IMG/VR virus record: IMGVR_UViG_3300009684_000032
Location: 95 to 64,094 of that record
DNA from: a virus
Taxonomy: Duplodnaviria > Caudoviricetes
Reading direction: 5' to 3' (one strand)
DNA length: 64,000 bases
The notes beneath the pieces were generated by a model. It saw nothing but the letters and a program-made list of their open reading frames with translations. It made no database searches and was not told the DNA's origin. The position numbers were made by a program, and so were the translations under genes. Of this stretch, positions 47,592 to 57,072 are shown one piece after another (position 1 is the stretch's first letter; each line of letters begins with the position of its first letter).

Positions 47592-48179
47592 TTAAATATT
47601 ATGATTATACAGTACCACTGCTACCAGATGTATACGATCTTCTTTACTAGCATTTACAGCGGTATGCAATGGTAGTGTGTTTGTTTCCCACCATGTAGAT
47701 GCAGTCAAATGTTGTACTTCATTTTCAATTATCATAAAACAACCTTCTTGGGTTTTAATTGGATAATGTATACGTATATTAGCGTCTGTATGCCAACTCA
47801 GACAAGTTTTAGGTTTGGATTTCATAATGCGAACTCTGCCTAATTTATAACGTTTAGCAAGTTCATTATATACATGTTCAAATAACGTATGTTTAAATTG
47901 AGAACACATTGTAGAGAAATCAGATTCAGTATAAGGGGTGTCATATTTTTTGACTTCTATACGCTCATTACCAAACTGATCTATAATTTGTTTAGATGCA
48001 GACCAATCATGTGTTAAACTGCCGCAGCCTTTTAAAAAATCGTCGGGTGCATCTACTGTAGTATTAAGACAAATTTGATTGTCATTACTCCACTTAATTG
48101 CATTATTATGCAGCATTGAATTTAATTCACTATACAAATCGTAAATAGGCAAGCCTGTTAATTTACTAAAATTAGTCAC
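47592..48179 (-). CDS. 2OG-Fe(II) oxygenase (Asp/Asn beta-hydroxylase-like)
   Basis: GRVRIM..KPKTCLSWHTD...RIHYPI...HTAVN...RIHLV. Confidence 0.82.
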   Translation of the reverse strand: MTNFSKLTGLPIYDLYSELNSMLHNNAIKWSNDNQICLNTTVDAPDDFLKGCGSLTHDWSASKQIIDQFGNERIEVKKYDTPYTESDFSTMCSQFKHTLFEHVYNELAKRYKLGRVRIMKSKPKTCLSWHTDANIRIHYPIKTQEGCFMIIENEVQHLTASTWWETNTLPLHTAVNASKEDRIHLVAVVLYNHNI

Positions 48180-48678
48180 TTAAAATTATCTCCACTGCGT
48201 CGTTAATAGATATGTAATCACTTTCGGTAAATTGTGTATATTTTGCTAATATTTTAGGAGTTCCTACATATCCAAACCATTTGTATTTAACTTGAACAGC
48301 AGTTGTAATACGAGACAGATCGTCTGATAATGTACGCAATGCACGTTTATGCATGCTATATTCTAATAAATGCGAACGATTGTAATCTAGCACAATGTTA
48401 TTTTCTGCAATTCTGCTACCGACATTAATAATTACTTTATGCTGGTCTCTCCATGCATGCCACAATTCTAGACACATCTCAGACTGCCCGAAGCCTGCCG
48501 GCGCATTGTTAATAAACACGTCGCAGTTGTATACCTCTTGTATTATTTGTTTACGAATACTGCGTAGCGATATATCGTATCCAGTGGATTTGCTAAAACC
48601 AATGGCATTAGGCGATAGCTTATCATATAGCGCAGCGCCTATACCATAAGTGTGTCCTGTAATAGCATATGTTGTCAT
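48172..48678 (-). CDS. Short SDR-like NAD(P)-binding oxidoreductase
   Basis: YAITGHTYGIG, DVFINNA, IINVGS, YxxxK (YSMHK); start placed at MTTY. Confidence 0.82.
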   Translation of the reverse strand: MTTYAITGHTYGIGAALYDKLSPNAIGFSKSTGYDISLRSIRKQIIQEVYNCDVFINNAPAGFGQSEMCLELWHAWRDQHKVIINVGSRIAENNIVLDYNRSHLLEYSMHKRALRTLSDDLSRITTAVQVKYKWFGYVGTPKILAKYTQFTESDYISINDAVEIILSD

Positions 48679-48930
48679 GTTATAATCTACCAAATTTCAA
48701 TTGTTGATGCACCAATGTAGTGTTATTATGCAACTGACATACGGGCATCTCTGTCATAATTATCATTTTAAAATCCTTGTTATAGAACATAAAACATTAC
48801 ATATATTTGTAAGCAACGTGTTTATAACGTACTAACTTTTATAGTATACAGCGCAGAATTCATCGATGTCATTATTCAAATTACCGTCAACGCGACATAG
48901 TTTTAAACAGTACATATACTTGTTCATATA

Positions 48931-48959
48931 TTGACGTAGTTTCAAGTGGCACATATACT
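48931..48959 (+). promoter_or_regulatory. Sigma70-like promoter of the + strand biosynthetic operon
   Basis: TTGACG-N17-TATACT; degenerate duplicate 39 nt upstream. Confidence 0.75.
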
Positions 48960-48992
48960 TGTTTATATTGAAACATGTAAGGCAGACTTTTC

Positions 48993-50201
48993 ATGACATC
49001 AGACCTAAAAAAGAATTTAGATCCAATTGCACGAGTTCAGGCAAAATTACCAGGCATGAACGTGCCAATGACAGGTGTTCCTGAGAACGACAATATAACA
49101 CTTCTACCGGACCGTCCACCTATTTTTCATAATGTTCCAAATTATGATATTGAAAAGAATCCGTTTTCGTTTCTTTATTTAGATATGACATACAAGTGCA
49201 ATATGGAATGTGGATTTTGCGATACTCCTATCAGGCATTACAAAGACATGCCTATTGATATTTTTGAAGACTTGTGTCGAAGATTGCCACGCCCGGTAAA
49301 CATGCGATTTGTGGGTGCTGAACCGACCCTTTATAAAAATTTACACAAAGCAATTGAAATCGGTACAAAATATGGACATCAGCTTGCTATTGTTACCAAC
49401 GGAATACGTCTTTCAAATAAAAACTTTGTAAAAGATTTAAAAAATACCATTGATAACTGTGCAGACCCTAAATTAGTAAATTTATCGGTTTCCCTTAACG
49501 GTGGATTTGTGAGAGACGATTGGTACGAAACGATTGATCATGATATTAGTCACCGCAAGAAAAAGGTACAAGGACTTGAAAATCTCATTGAAGCCGGATT
49601 TAAACGTATTTGTATTAATGCAATCATTATTAAAAATTTAAATGAGGGTGTTGTACAAGAGTTCTATGACAAAGCTAATAGCTTGCCGCCGGGTGTTATC
49701 ACCAATATACGATTCCGGTGTGCTGCAAAGCAAGGGCGTTATGTAGAAGGATTGTATGAAAATGAAGATGATCACACATCTTATACCGGAGTTGAACTCA
49801 ACAACTACATTAAGACAATTATTCCAGAGGCAAATGATCCAATCAAATGGATTCGCGATGGTATAAACCCGTCAGACGGTGCAGGCAATCACTTGAACAA
49901 TCCAAAGTTGAAGTGCAATCAATGCTGCTTGATGTATTATATCAAACCTAAGCTATGGGTTGCAACTGTTGAATTTGGATCACACAATTCGGCATTATGC
50001 TGGAGACGTGGACAGTTCGTTACAAGTACGCAAACTATTCAACCTGCACACCACTACATAGATGAACTAAGCAGATATATTAACACCTATATACCAGATG
50101 GTATGAAAACATATTCAGAACATCAGCTTAAGAAAAAGATGTATGATGATTTTCAAGACAAAGGTATCAATCCACTTATATCAACTAACTGGCAAGAATA
50201 A
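48993..50201 (+). CDS. Radical SAM enzyme (MoaA/PqqE-like core)
   Basis: CNMECGFC, GAEPTL, VTNG; extra C-terminal Cys (CNQCC, LCWRRG). Confidence 0.88.
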   Translation: MTSDLKKNLDPIARVQAKLPGMNVPMTGVPENDNITLLPDRPPIFHNVPNYDIEKNPFSFLYLDMTYKCNMECGFCDTPIRHYKDMPIDIFEDLCRRLPRPVNMRFVGAEPTLYKNLHKAIEIGTKYGHQLAIVTNGIRLSNKNFVKDLKNTIDNCADPKLVNLSVSLNGGFVRDDWYETIDHDISHRKKKVQGLENLIEAGFKRICINAIIIKNLNEGVVQEFYDKANSLPPGVITNIRFRCAAKQGRYVEGLYENEDDHTSYTGVELNNYIKTIIPEANDPIKWIRDGINPSDGAGNHLNNPKLKCNQCCLMYYIKPKLWVATVEFGSHNSALCWRRGQFVTSTQTIQPAHHYIDELSRYINTYIPDGMKTYSEHQLKKKMYDDFQDKGINPLISTNWQE

Positions 50202-50202
50202 T

Positions 50203-50436
50203 ATGAAAATAATAGACGTGTATCATCTATCGAATGTCGGTGAATCATATTGGCAACATCTTAAATGGTGTGCATATTCTACCGTTATATTTTCTATAAT
50301 GCTGGTATTAGCAATAATACATGGAATTTTTCCATTCTTGTTGGCTGACATCCCAGATAAAGTTATGATAAATTATGTGAAAAATTTTAAATTACGTAGG
50401 GTAGTTACCGGACAGGAAGAAAGAAACCCAGAATAA
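50203..50436 (+). CDS. Small membrane protein (HL..VGESYWQH type)
   Basis: HLSNVGESYWQHL plus a hydrophobic helix and IHGIFPFL; start at MKII. Confidence 0.65.
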   Translation: MKIIDVYHLSNVGESYWQHLKWCAYSTVIFSIMLVLAIIHGIFPFLLADIPDKVMINYVKNFKLRRVVTGQEERNPE

Positions 50437-51554
50437 TGTTTTCAAAAGCATATATTCCATATAGAGGTTACTATACTTCGCCGTTTGTTAGATATGGAAA
50501 AAGTTTTAAAGATTATAACTCGATAGAGCTCAGTGCAACTACTACAAAAGAATGGATGGGTCATAATAAAATTGACCCATCCATTATTGATTTTGTGCTA
50601 TATGGAACGTCTGTGCATCAACACAGAGGATTTTGGGCAGGGCCATGGGCCGCTGCACTAATAGGCGCATCGCATACTACAGGGGCTATGTTAAGCCAAG
50701 CATGTACCACTGCTGCGACTGCTCTATATCAAGCTGCTGCAAATACTGAATTGGGGTTGTGCAGGACAACATACTGCCTAGTATCAGACAGAACCTCTAA
50801 TGGTCCTATCATAAATTGGCCGGAGTACGATATAACCGAAGATTGGGTGAATGATAATTTTGAATATGATCCGTGGGGCAAAACCTCCATGTTACAAACT
50901 GCTGAAAATGTTGTTACATTTAACAATATAAGCAGACAACAACTAGACGACGTAACAGCACATCGATACGCACAATATAACACTATTGTAGAAAAACCTT
51001 ACATGTTCAAAACTGCCGATGTTGTCAATGATCAGGGTGTAAAACAAGTAGATATTAAAAGACTCACACGATTAAAATCAATAAATCCAAATAGTGTTCA
51101 TACATTGGGCAATGTAACATATCCAGCCGACGGTCATTGCGGAATCATAGTAACAGACATTAATACTGCCATGTTGTTTAGCGATATAAAAATACAAATA
51201 TTGTCATATGGATATTCCAGGTGCGATACATCGTTTATGCCGTTAGCCTCTATAACTGCAACATCCATGGCATTAAAAAAAGCAAATCTTTCTATCAGAG
51301 ATATGACTGTTATCAATCAACATAATGCATTTGTAGTTAACGATATTGCATTTGCTAATTATTTTGGAAACGATGTTTACAATATGAATAACTATGGCAG
51401 TCCGTTAGTGTACGGACATCCACAAAGCCCTGTACTCGGCCGGCTTGCTATTGAAGGCATAGAAGAATGCATCAACAAAGGTGGCGGTTATGTATTAGTA
51501 ACTGGTGCAGCCGGCGGCGACACGGGAGCAGCATTAATATTGAAAGTAAATTAA
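50436..51554 (+). CDS. Thiolase-family acyltransferase with an atypical active site
   Basis: QACTTA nucleophile Cys, HNAF, GHPQSP; C-terminal TGAAGGD lacks the second Cys. Confidence 0.85.
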   Translation: MFSKAYIPYRGYYTSPFVRYGKSFKDYNSIELSATTTKEWMGHNKIDPSIIDFVLYGTSVHQHRGFWAGPWAAALIGASHTTGAMLSQACTTAATALYQAAANTELGLCRTTYCLVSDRTSNGPIINWPEYDITEDWVNDNFEYDPWGKTSMLQTAENVVTFNNISRQQLDDVTAHRYAQYNTIVEKPYMFKTADVVNDQGVKQVDIKRLTRLKSINPNSVHTLGNVTYPADGHCGIIVTDINTAMLFSDIKIQILSYGYSRCDTSFMPLASITATSMALKKANLSIRDMTVINQHNAFVVNDIAFANYFGNDVYNMNNYGSPLVYGHPQSPVLGRLAIEGIEECINKGGGYVLVTGAAGGDTGAALILKVN

Positions 51555-52168
51555 TGTCATTTGACGTACCATGGCCCAATTGGAAAGGACAAAAGTTTTT
51601 AGGAGAGATTGATTTATCAACTCCATCTCTTATAGATTATTTAGATTGTCCACAGGCAGAACCTTTAAAAGAAAACATTTTAAAAATCATAGAACGAAAC
51701 AACTGTAAAAACATAGTTGATGTGGGCTGCGGCGATGGTAAATTCACTGAACGTCTAATATTAGACAATTATTTGGGGTTTGATGCAGAGCATCGTATGA
51801 TAAAACGAGCGAACAGACGTTATAAGCATAGAACAAATTTCGAATTTAGACATTGTACATGGGACGACGACATAACAGTTGAGTTCGAGGTAGACTGCTT
51901 GATGTTTGTAGGCACGCTAAGTTATAATGTAAATCACATTGTTGGATTTGAAAAACTATGCAAACTCTATAATCCTAGAATAGTAATAATACAAGAAATT
52001 TTACAAGATCAAACATATATAGCAGAAACAAATAAGTTAAAAGCTATGCCATTAGACTATTATTTGAGTTATAAACACAATTACTATGAATTTGATTTAC
52101 CCGTTTGGTGCGGGCACAGGGCACAACTGGAGATTTTCTATAATGGCACAATTTACAAAACAAGTTAA
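51554..52168 (+). CDS. Class I SAM-dependent methyltransferase
   Basis: IVDVGCGDG, YLGFD; start at MSFDVP by TAATG coupling. Confidence 0.85.
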   Translation: MSFDVPWPNWKGQKFLGEIDLSTPSLIDYLDCPQAEPLKENILKIIERNNCKNIVDVGCGDGKFTERLILDNYLGFDAEHRMIKRANRRYKHRTNFEFRHCTWDDDITVEFEVDCLMFVGTLSYNVNHIVGFEKLCKLYNPRIVIIQEILQDQTYIAETNKLKAMPLDYYLSYKHNYYEFDLPVWCGHRAQLEIFYNGTIYKTS

Positions 52169-52922
52169 GGCACCAGTTTTACCTGAAGTCGCATCAGTTA
52201 TAAGCAGTATTAATTTAAATATACTGTCAAATGATACACCATATACCACTACAATTAAAGAGTGGCTTAAACCTGTCATAGATTTATCTGATTTTTGGGT
52301 TTACCCTATTAACGGAATATCAGAAGGTCTTAACTATTGGATGGGCAACGAAACAAGAGCAATATACAAAGATCTGGGTGATTACGAATGGGTAGACGGC
52401 GATTTTAGTAATGGTGCTATAAAATACGTATCGATACCCAGTTCTATAGATGGAAATTTTAGAGAAATCCCACAAGACATACCAGTTGCGTTAGATATTG
52501 CATATGTTGGCACAACTGCTATACAAAAGATAGACATAGGCAAAAATGTAGAAAAAGTATTTTTCAGTTTGAGTAAACCGTTTGGTCTTAAAAATGTAAG
52601 GACTGGCTGGTATTTTACTAGAAAAGTAGATGTTAAATTGCAACGACTGCATATCAAATCAAACTATTACAATTATTATGCACATACTATAGCCGAGTCA
52701 GTTATACAGTCGTTTCCAGTAGACTATGTATATAACAAATTTTGGAAACTACAAACAGAGGTATGTGCTGCACATATGCTAACCCCTAGTAATAGCGTGT
52801 GGCTTGCAACTTCAATTGATCACAAATACAAAGATTTTAGAAGAAATAACGGCAGGCTTTATGTAAAACACACCGAAAAAGCAAGACTATGCATTACGGA
52901 ATTTTTAAATGATCAATGTTAG
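52143..52922 (+). CDS. Truncated PLP-dependent (fold type I) aminotransferase-like enzyme
   Basis: NGISEG, PSSIDG, LDIAY, SLSKPFGL..VRTGW. Confidence 0.78.
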   Translation: MAQFTKQVKAPVLPEVASVISSINLNILSNDTPYTTTIKEWLKPVIDLSDFWVYPINGISEGLNYWMGNETRAIYKDLGDYEWVDGDFSNGAIKYVSIPSSIDGNFREIPQDIPVALDIAYVGTTAIQKIDIGKNVEKVFFSLSKPFGLKNVRTGWYFTRKVDVKLQRLHIKSNYYNYYAHTIAESVIQSFPVDYVYNKFWKLQTEVCAAHMLTPSNSVWLATSIDHKYKDFRRNNGRLYVKHTEKARLCITEFLNDQC

Positions 52923-53820
52923 AATCGCAGTGTTATTGTCTGGCAGTCCCAGATTTGTAAAAGAAGGATCAGAGTGGTGGCATATCAAATCAATGCCCAA
53001 AAATGCAACAATTGATTATTATGGGCATTCTTGGGACGCACACGATCATATTGGCAAAACTAGATACTATAATGCCGACAACAAAGTAATAAATTATGAA
53101 TATTTCAAATGCTGGAATTTTACAGACTTTTTATTAACACCGTATTCAGTTGATATACCAGAGTTTGAAACAATTAAAAATTCTAACAGCCCTATAGCTA
53201 ATTTCTTTCTATGGAACGATCGTCGGGATCATATATTAAGTGTTATAAAGGCAAACGAACTACTTGTTAAATCTAAAAAACAATATGACATAGTTATTGT
53301 GATGAGATATGACACTATAATTTATCAAGACAGTCTTGATAAAGCCATACCATTTATATTAGATTTTAAAAACAGCCATACATCAAAATTTCACAGAGGC
53401 TATGACAAAGCACTATACTGGAACGGTAACAATCCCACAATATTCACACCATGGGTACAAGTACGTCAGGGGTTGCCTGTAATGCAAGATTATATGTTTA
53501 TAAGCACATATAATGATTGGGCAACATATTCATATAATTTAAAAGAAAAATATCATAACCTATTGAATAAAGATATTAAAATATTAGAACCGCTGCATCA
53601 CGTAGTAACAGAGGCCACATACATACCACATGTTATGTGGGCATTCATTGGTCTGTATACTAATGCAAATTTCATACAACAAGACGATTTAAAAGTTTGC
53701 GTAATACGATCAGAAAAAAATAATATTGCAAACATGAATTATTTAGATTTAGAGTTAGAACACGATAATAATTTTAATGAGCTGTGCGAACAATATAAAA
53801 AAGAAGGTATTAAAAAATGA
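52909..53820 (+). CDS. Putative glycosyltransferase-like protein
   Basis: RIAVLLSGSPR, HSW, YDIVIVMRYD pattern seen in phage GT-like proteins. Confidence 0.5.
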   Translation: MINVRIAVLLSGSPRFVKEGSEWWHIKSMPKNATIDYYGHSWDAHDHIGKTRYYNADNKVINYEYFKCWNFTDFLLTPYSVDIPEFETIKNSNSPIANFFLWNDRRDHILSVIKANELLVKSKKQYDIVIVMRYDTIIYQDSLDKAIPFILDFKNSHTSKFHRGYDKALYWNGNNPTIFTPWVQVRQGLPVMQDYMFISTYNDWATYSYNLKEKYHNLLNKDIKILEPLHHVVTEATYIPHVMWAFIGLYTNANFIQQDDLKVCVIRSEKNNIANMNYLDLELEHDNNFNELCEQYKKEGIKK

Positions 53821-55232
53821 TGTATAATGCAGTAACAGATTTTATACGTCGCAATAATAAAATTGCCATATATTACAAAGATACAACAGTGTCATACGAC
53901 GAGTTGTATACAAACGTTTGCAGGTATGCAAATGCAATTAAGTTGCAATTTAATATTGGCGATAAAATACTTATTAATATGTCTGACAGACCTGAATACA
54001 TTTACATGTTTTGGGGTGCAGTTAAGTCTGGTATCGTTCCTGTACTAGTTAATACCATGCTAACAAAAAAAGAATATGATTCCATACACAATACTAGCAA
54101 TCCGGTTTACGAATTTAACGACACAAACATTGGCAAGTTTGATAGCGAAGCAACTGATTTAACAGATTTTGCTGCTGCAACTACTACCAAGGATGATATA
54201 TGTGTTATTATGTATTCGTCTGGTACCACAGGATACTTAAAAGAAATATCGCATAAACATAAAGACATTGCCGTAACATGCAAAAATTATGCGGCAAATA
54301 TATTAAACATATCAGACGATGATATTTTGTATAGTGCTGCAAAATTGTTTTTTGCATATGGATTTGGAAATAGCATGTCATTTCCATTTTATTTTGGTGC
54401 ATCTACTGTGTTAATTTCAGAGACGTCTAGTGCTAAGATTGTATTAGACACTATTGAAAAATACCGCCCAACTATATATTTTGGTGTACCATCTATATAT
54501 GCACAACAAATTAAATCAATAAAAGCAAATAGCTACGACACGTCGTCATTAAAGCTGTGTGTCTCAGCTGGAGAGCCGTTGCCTGGAAAACTACTAGATG
54601 AATGGATGCAACTTACCAATACTATAATACTTGACGGTATAGGTAGCACCGAAGCTCTTCATATTTTTATATCTAATACAAAAGATATGTTCGAACACAA
54701 TTGCTCCGGACAAATTGTTCCTGGCTATACTGCAAAAATACTAGATCCAATCACTAATATGCTAACAGTAGACGGCGACATAGGCGATCTATACATATTC
54801 GGAGATAGTATCAGTACTATTGGCATTGATTGGTTAAAAACTGGTGATATGTATATTAAACGAGGAGAGAAATATTACTATCAAGGCAGATCAAACGATA
54901 TGTTAAAAGTTGGTGGTGTTTGGGTGTCACCCGCTGAAATTGAAGCTAAAATTATAGAACACGATGGAGTGTTAGAAGCAGGTGTAGTTATAGGTACAAA
55001 TCTATCAGGATTATTAAAACCAAAAGCATTTGTTGTTTTGACAGATCCCAATAATGCCACAATAGCAACCAAGAATAGCATTAAACGAAAATGTATGAGT
55101 GAATTGCCAGCGAATCATTATCCGTATTGGGTAGACTTTGTTACAACCCTACCTAAAACTGCTACTGGAAAAATACGTAGACATATACTTAGAACCTATG
55201 ATGTTTTTAGCCCACCCAACTTAAATGATTGA
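53817..55232 (+). CDS. Benzoate-CoA-ligase-like acyl-CoA synthetase (ANL family)
   Basis: YSSGTTG, SAAKLFFAYGFGN, SAGEPLP, DGIGSTEALHIFISN, TGD, GRSNDMLKVGGVWVSPAEIE, PKTATGK. Confidence 0.92.
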   Translation: MMYNAVTDFIRRNNKIAIYYKDTTVSYDELYTNVCRYANAIKLQFNIGDKILINMSDRPEYIYMFWGAVKSGIVPVLVNTMLTKKEYDSIHNTSNPVYEFNDTNIGKFDSEATDLTDFAAATTTKDDICVIMYSSGTTGYLKEISHKHKDIAVTCKNYAANILNISDDDILYSAAKLFFAYGFGNSMSFPFYFGASTVLISETSSAKIVLDTIEKYRPTIYFGVPSIYAQQIKSIKANSYDTSSLKLCVSAGEPLPGKLLDEWMQLTNTIILDGIGSTEALHIFISNTKDMFEHNCSGQIVPGYTAKILDPITNMLTVDGDIGDLYIFGDSISTIGIDWLKTGDMYIKRGEKYYYQGRSNDMLKVGGVWVSPAEIEAKIIEHDGVLEAGVVIGTNLSGLLKPKAFVVLTDPNNATIATKNSIKRKCMSELPANHYPYWVDFVTTLPKTATGKIRRHILRTYDVFSPPNLND

Positions 55233-55856
55233 TCCCCAATCGCAATAACCGCTAAAATTAATAAAAACTCTAACTATATCTGAATTTCTAACTCCATGAA
55301 TTACCTTGCTTGCATTTAGTACAGTCGGGTGTGCTGTGCTATAAATGTGTGTTCCCAACAAATAGTTGTCATTGTGTTCAACTGTTTTATACGCACCTTT
55401 ATCAACTATTGGCAAATCATTGTTATATAAATGCACAGTTGCCCCGCCCTCTGCTGGCAATATAGGAACCATAATACTGCAAGACCTAGCAAAGTCTTTA
55501 TGGGGCGGTAATTCAAATCCAGGCCCATATATCCACATTACAGGAAAATTAGGTACATCTGTTTTAGTGATGTATTCCAATTCTTTTATTAGACTATTAA
55601 TTTCTGGATTATCAAATCTTTCTAAATGTCTAATAAATTTGTGTTTATCGCCGGAATGTTCATGTTTGCCGTTTGGCAAACACTTTGAGCAAATACATCT
55701 AAAATATGGGCTGTGTTCTGCACCATGCTCTATATATGAGGTATGACGTTCTATATAACTAATTGCTTTGTATTCTATGCTATAATAAAACTGTTCTAGT
55801 GCAGACCTGTCATATGTAATAGATTTTAATTCTTTTATGTGATCAGACGTTATCAT
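55221..55856 (-). CDS. 2OG-Fe(II) oxygenase-like protein
   Basis: LPPHKD...IMVPI...IHGVRN...R. Confidence 0.7.
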   Translation of the reverse strand: MITSDHIKELKSITYDRSALEQFYYSIEYKAISYIERHTSYIEHGAEHSPYFRCICSKCLPNGKHEHSGDKHKFIRHLERFDNPEINSLIKELEYITKTDVPNFPVMWIYGPGFELPPHKDFARSCSIMVPILPAEGGATVHLYNNDLPIVDKGAYKTVEHNDNYLLGTHIYSTAHPTVLNASKVIHGVRNSDIVRVFINFSGYCDWGSII

Positions 55857-56382
55857 TTTGAGTCCGTTTTTTATATGCCGGTATATCCAATTTCCAAACA
55901 GCTTGCAATGTATTAAACAACGTCATTTCGCAAACTTTATGAATGTACGCATCTGGTAATTTGGATTCTAATTCAAGTGATCGATTATAACGTAATATGT
56001 TACGATATGAAGTATTTTCTATATTGGTAGTAACATATAATTCCTCACTCGGGCATAATTTAATAAAGCTATCAATATACATTCTACCCCTAGGTCCAGT
56101 GCCGCGATGCAATCCTGTATTTACTACTTTACCAGGTAAGGTTGCACTACGATAAAATATCTTATATGCTCCTGCATGTATTTCCGGAAATGTAGTATAT
56201 CCTGCAACTGAAATTAATGTATTGTGTTCAATTATACCTAAATATGCACCACCGTTGGAATATACTTCGTCAAATTTCATTTCAGAAATAGATCTGTTAT
56301 TTTTCCAACCTAGCTTGTTACATTCGGCACAAAAAGTCGCTAATAATGGCAAATGGTTTATTGTTAAAACTGTTATTGTCAT
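55843..56382 (-). CDS. GNAT-like acyltransferase
   Basis: LISVAG...YKIFYRSATLP...LYVTTN pattern; weak. Confidence 0.45.
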   Translation of the reverse strand: MTITVLTINHLPLLATFCAECNKLGWKNNRSISEMKFDEVYSNGGAYLGIIEHNTLISVAGYTTFPEIHAGAYKIFYRSATLPGKVVNTGLHRGTGPRGRMYIDSFIKLCPSEELYVTTNIENTSYRNILRYNRSLELESKLPDAYIHKVCEMTLFNTLQAVWKLDIPAYKKRTQNDNV

Positions 56383-56435
56383 ACTATATGTATTCTATCT
56401 AACTTGTGGCCAGTAATAGCATATCTAAGTGTCAT
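56379..56435 (-). pseudogene. 18-codon deletion scar fusing an SDR N-terminus to a 2OG-oxygenase C-terminus
   Basis: MTLRYAITGH+KLDRIHIV* versus MTTYAITGH (SDR at 48678) and KEDRIHLV (oxygenase ending at 47592). Confidence 0.55.
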
Positions 56436-56436
56436 A

Positions 56437-57072
56437 TTAAAGTTTTCCAAATCCCCACAGTCGTTCTTCACACCACCAACACTTTCCGCAATGCCCATTA
56501 CCGGGATCAGGCCATTCGTGATTGATCCATTCGCAACTTCTAGTTATAGGATACAATGTATCCAACAAATTATGTTGCTTATATATAAAATACAAATCTT
56601 GTTTATCTAAGTTAGTCCAAGGTATATACAAGTTGCCTATTTTAACAGGTCGCACAACAGCAGGATCGCGTTCAACGTTTTCTGTATTTTCTAATGTAAA
56701 CGTATCTATCACATCAACTGGTGGATTTTTAGTAACGCCCGTGTATATGGTTGATAGTGTGTTATCTGCAAGGTATTGCAAAGGTAAAATGAATAGATTT
56801 TCTTTTGTCTGTGACACTTCATATTTAATATGATGAACAAAATTGTAATTGCCAGTCAGTTCTGCACACTTGCTAATAACGTTTAGAGCTGCATGCATAT
56901 TTCTCAACCATTTCTGTTGATTTGCTGATGAAAATATGTGAATTGTAGAAGTAGAATATTTCAATGCAAAATATAACATAAGCGCACTATCTACACCGCC
57001 ACTGACACATATACCTATTTTACCAGGATAAACATTAAATTCAACTGTATCTGTTATATTATAAGATTTCAT
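56437..57072 (-). CDS. QueC-like PP-loop ATPase
   Basis: SGGVDSA; TRSC...HCGKCWWCEER Zn site. Confidence 0.8.
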   Translation of the reverse strand: MKSYNITDTVEFNVYPGKIGICVSGGVDSALMLYFALKYSTSTIHIFSSANQQKWLRNMHAALNVISKCAELTGNYNFVHHIKYEVSQTKENLFILPLQYLADNTLSTIYTGVTKNPPVDVIDTFTLENTENVERDPAVVRPVKIGNLYIPWTNLDKQDLYFIYKQHNLLDTLYPITRSCEWINHEWPDPGNGHCGKCWWCEERLWGFGKL

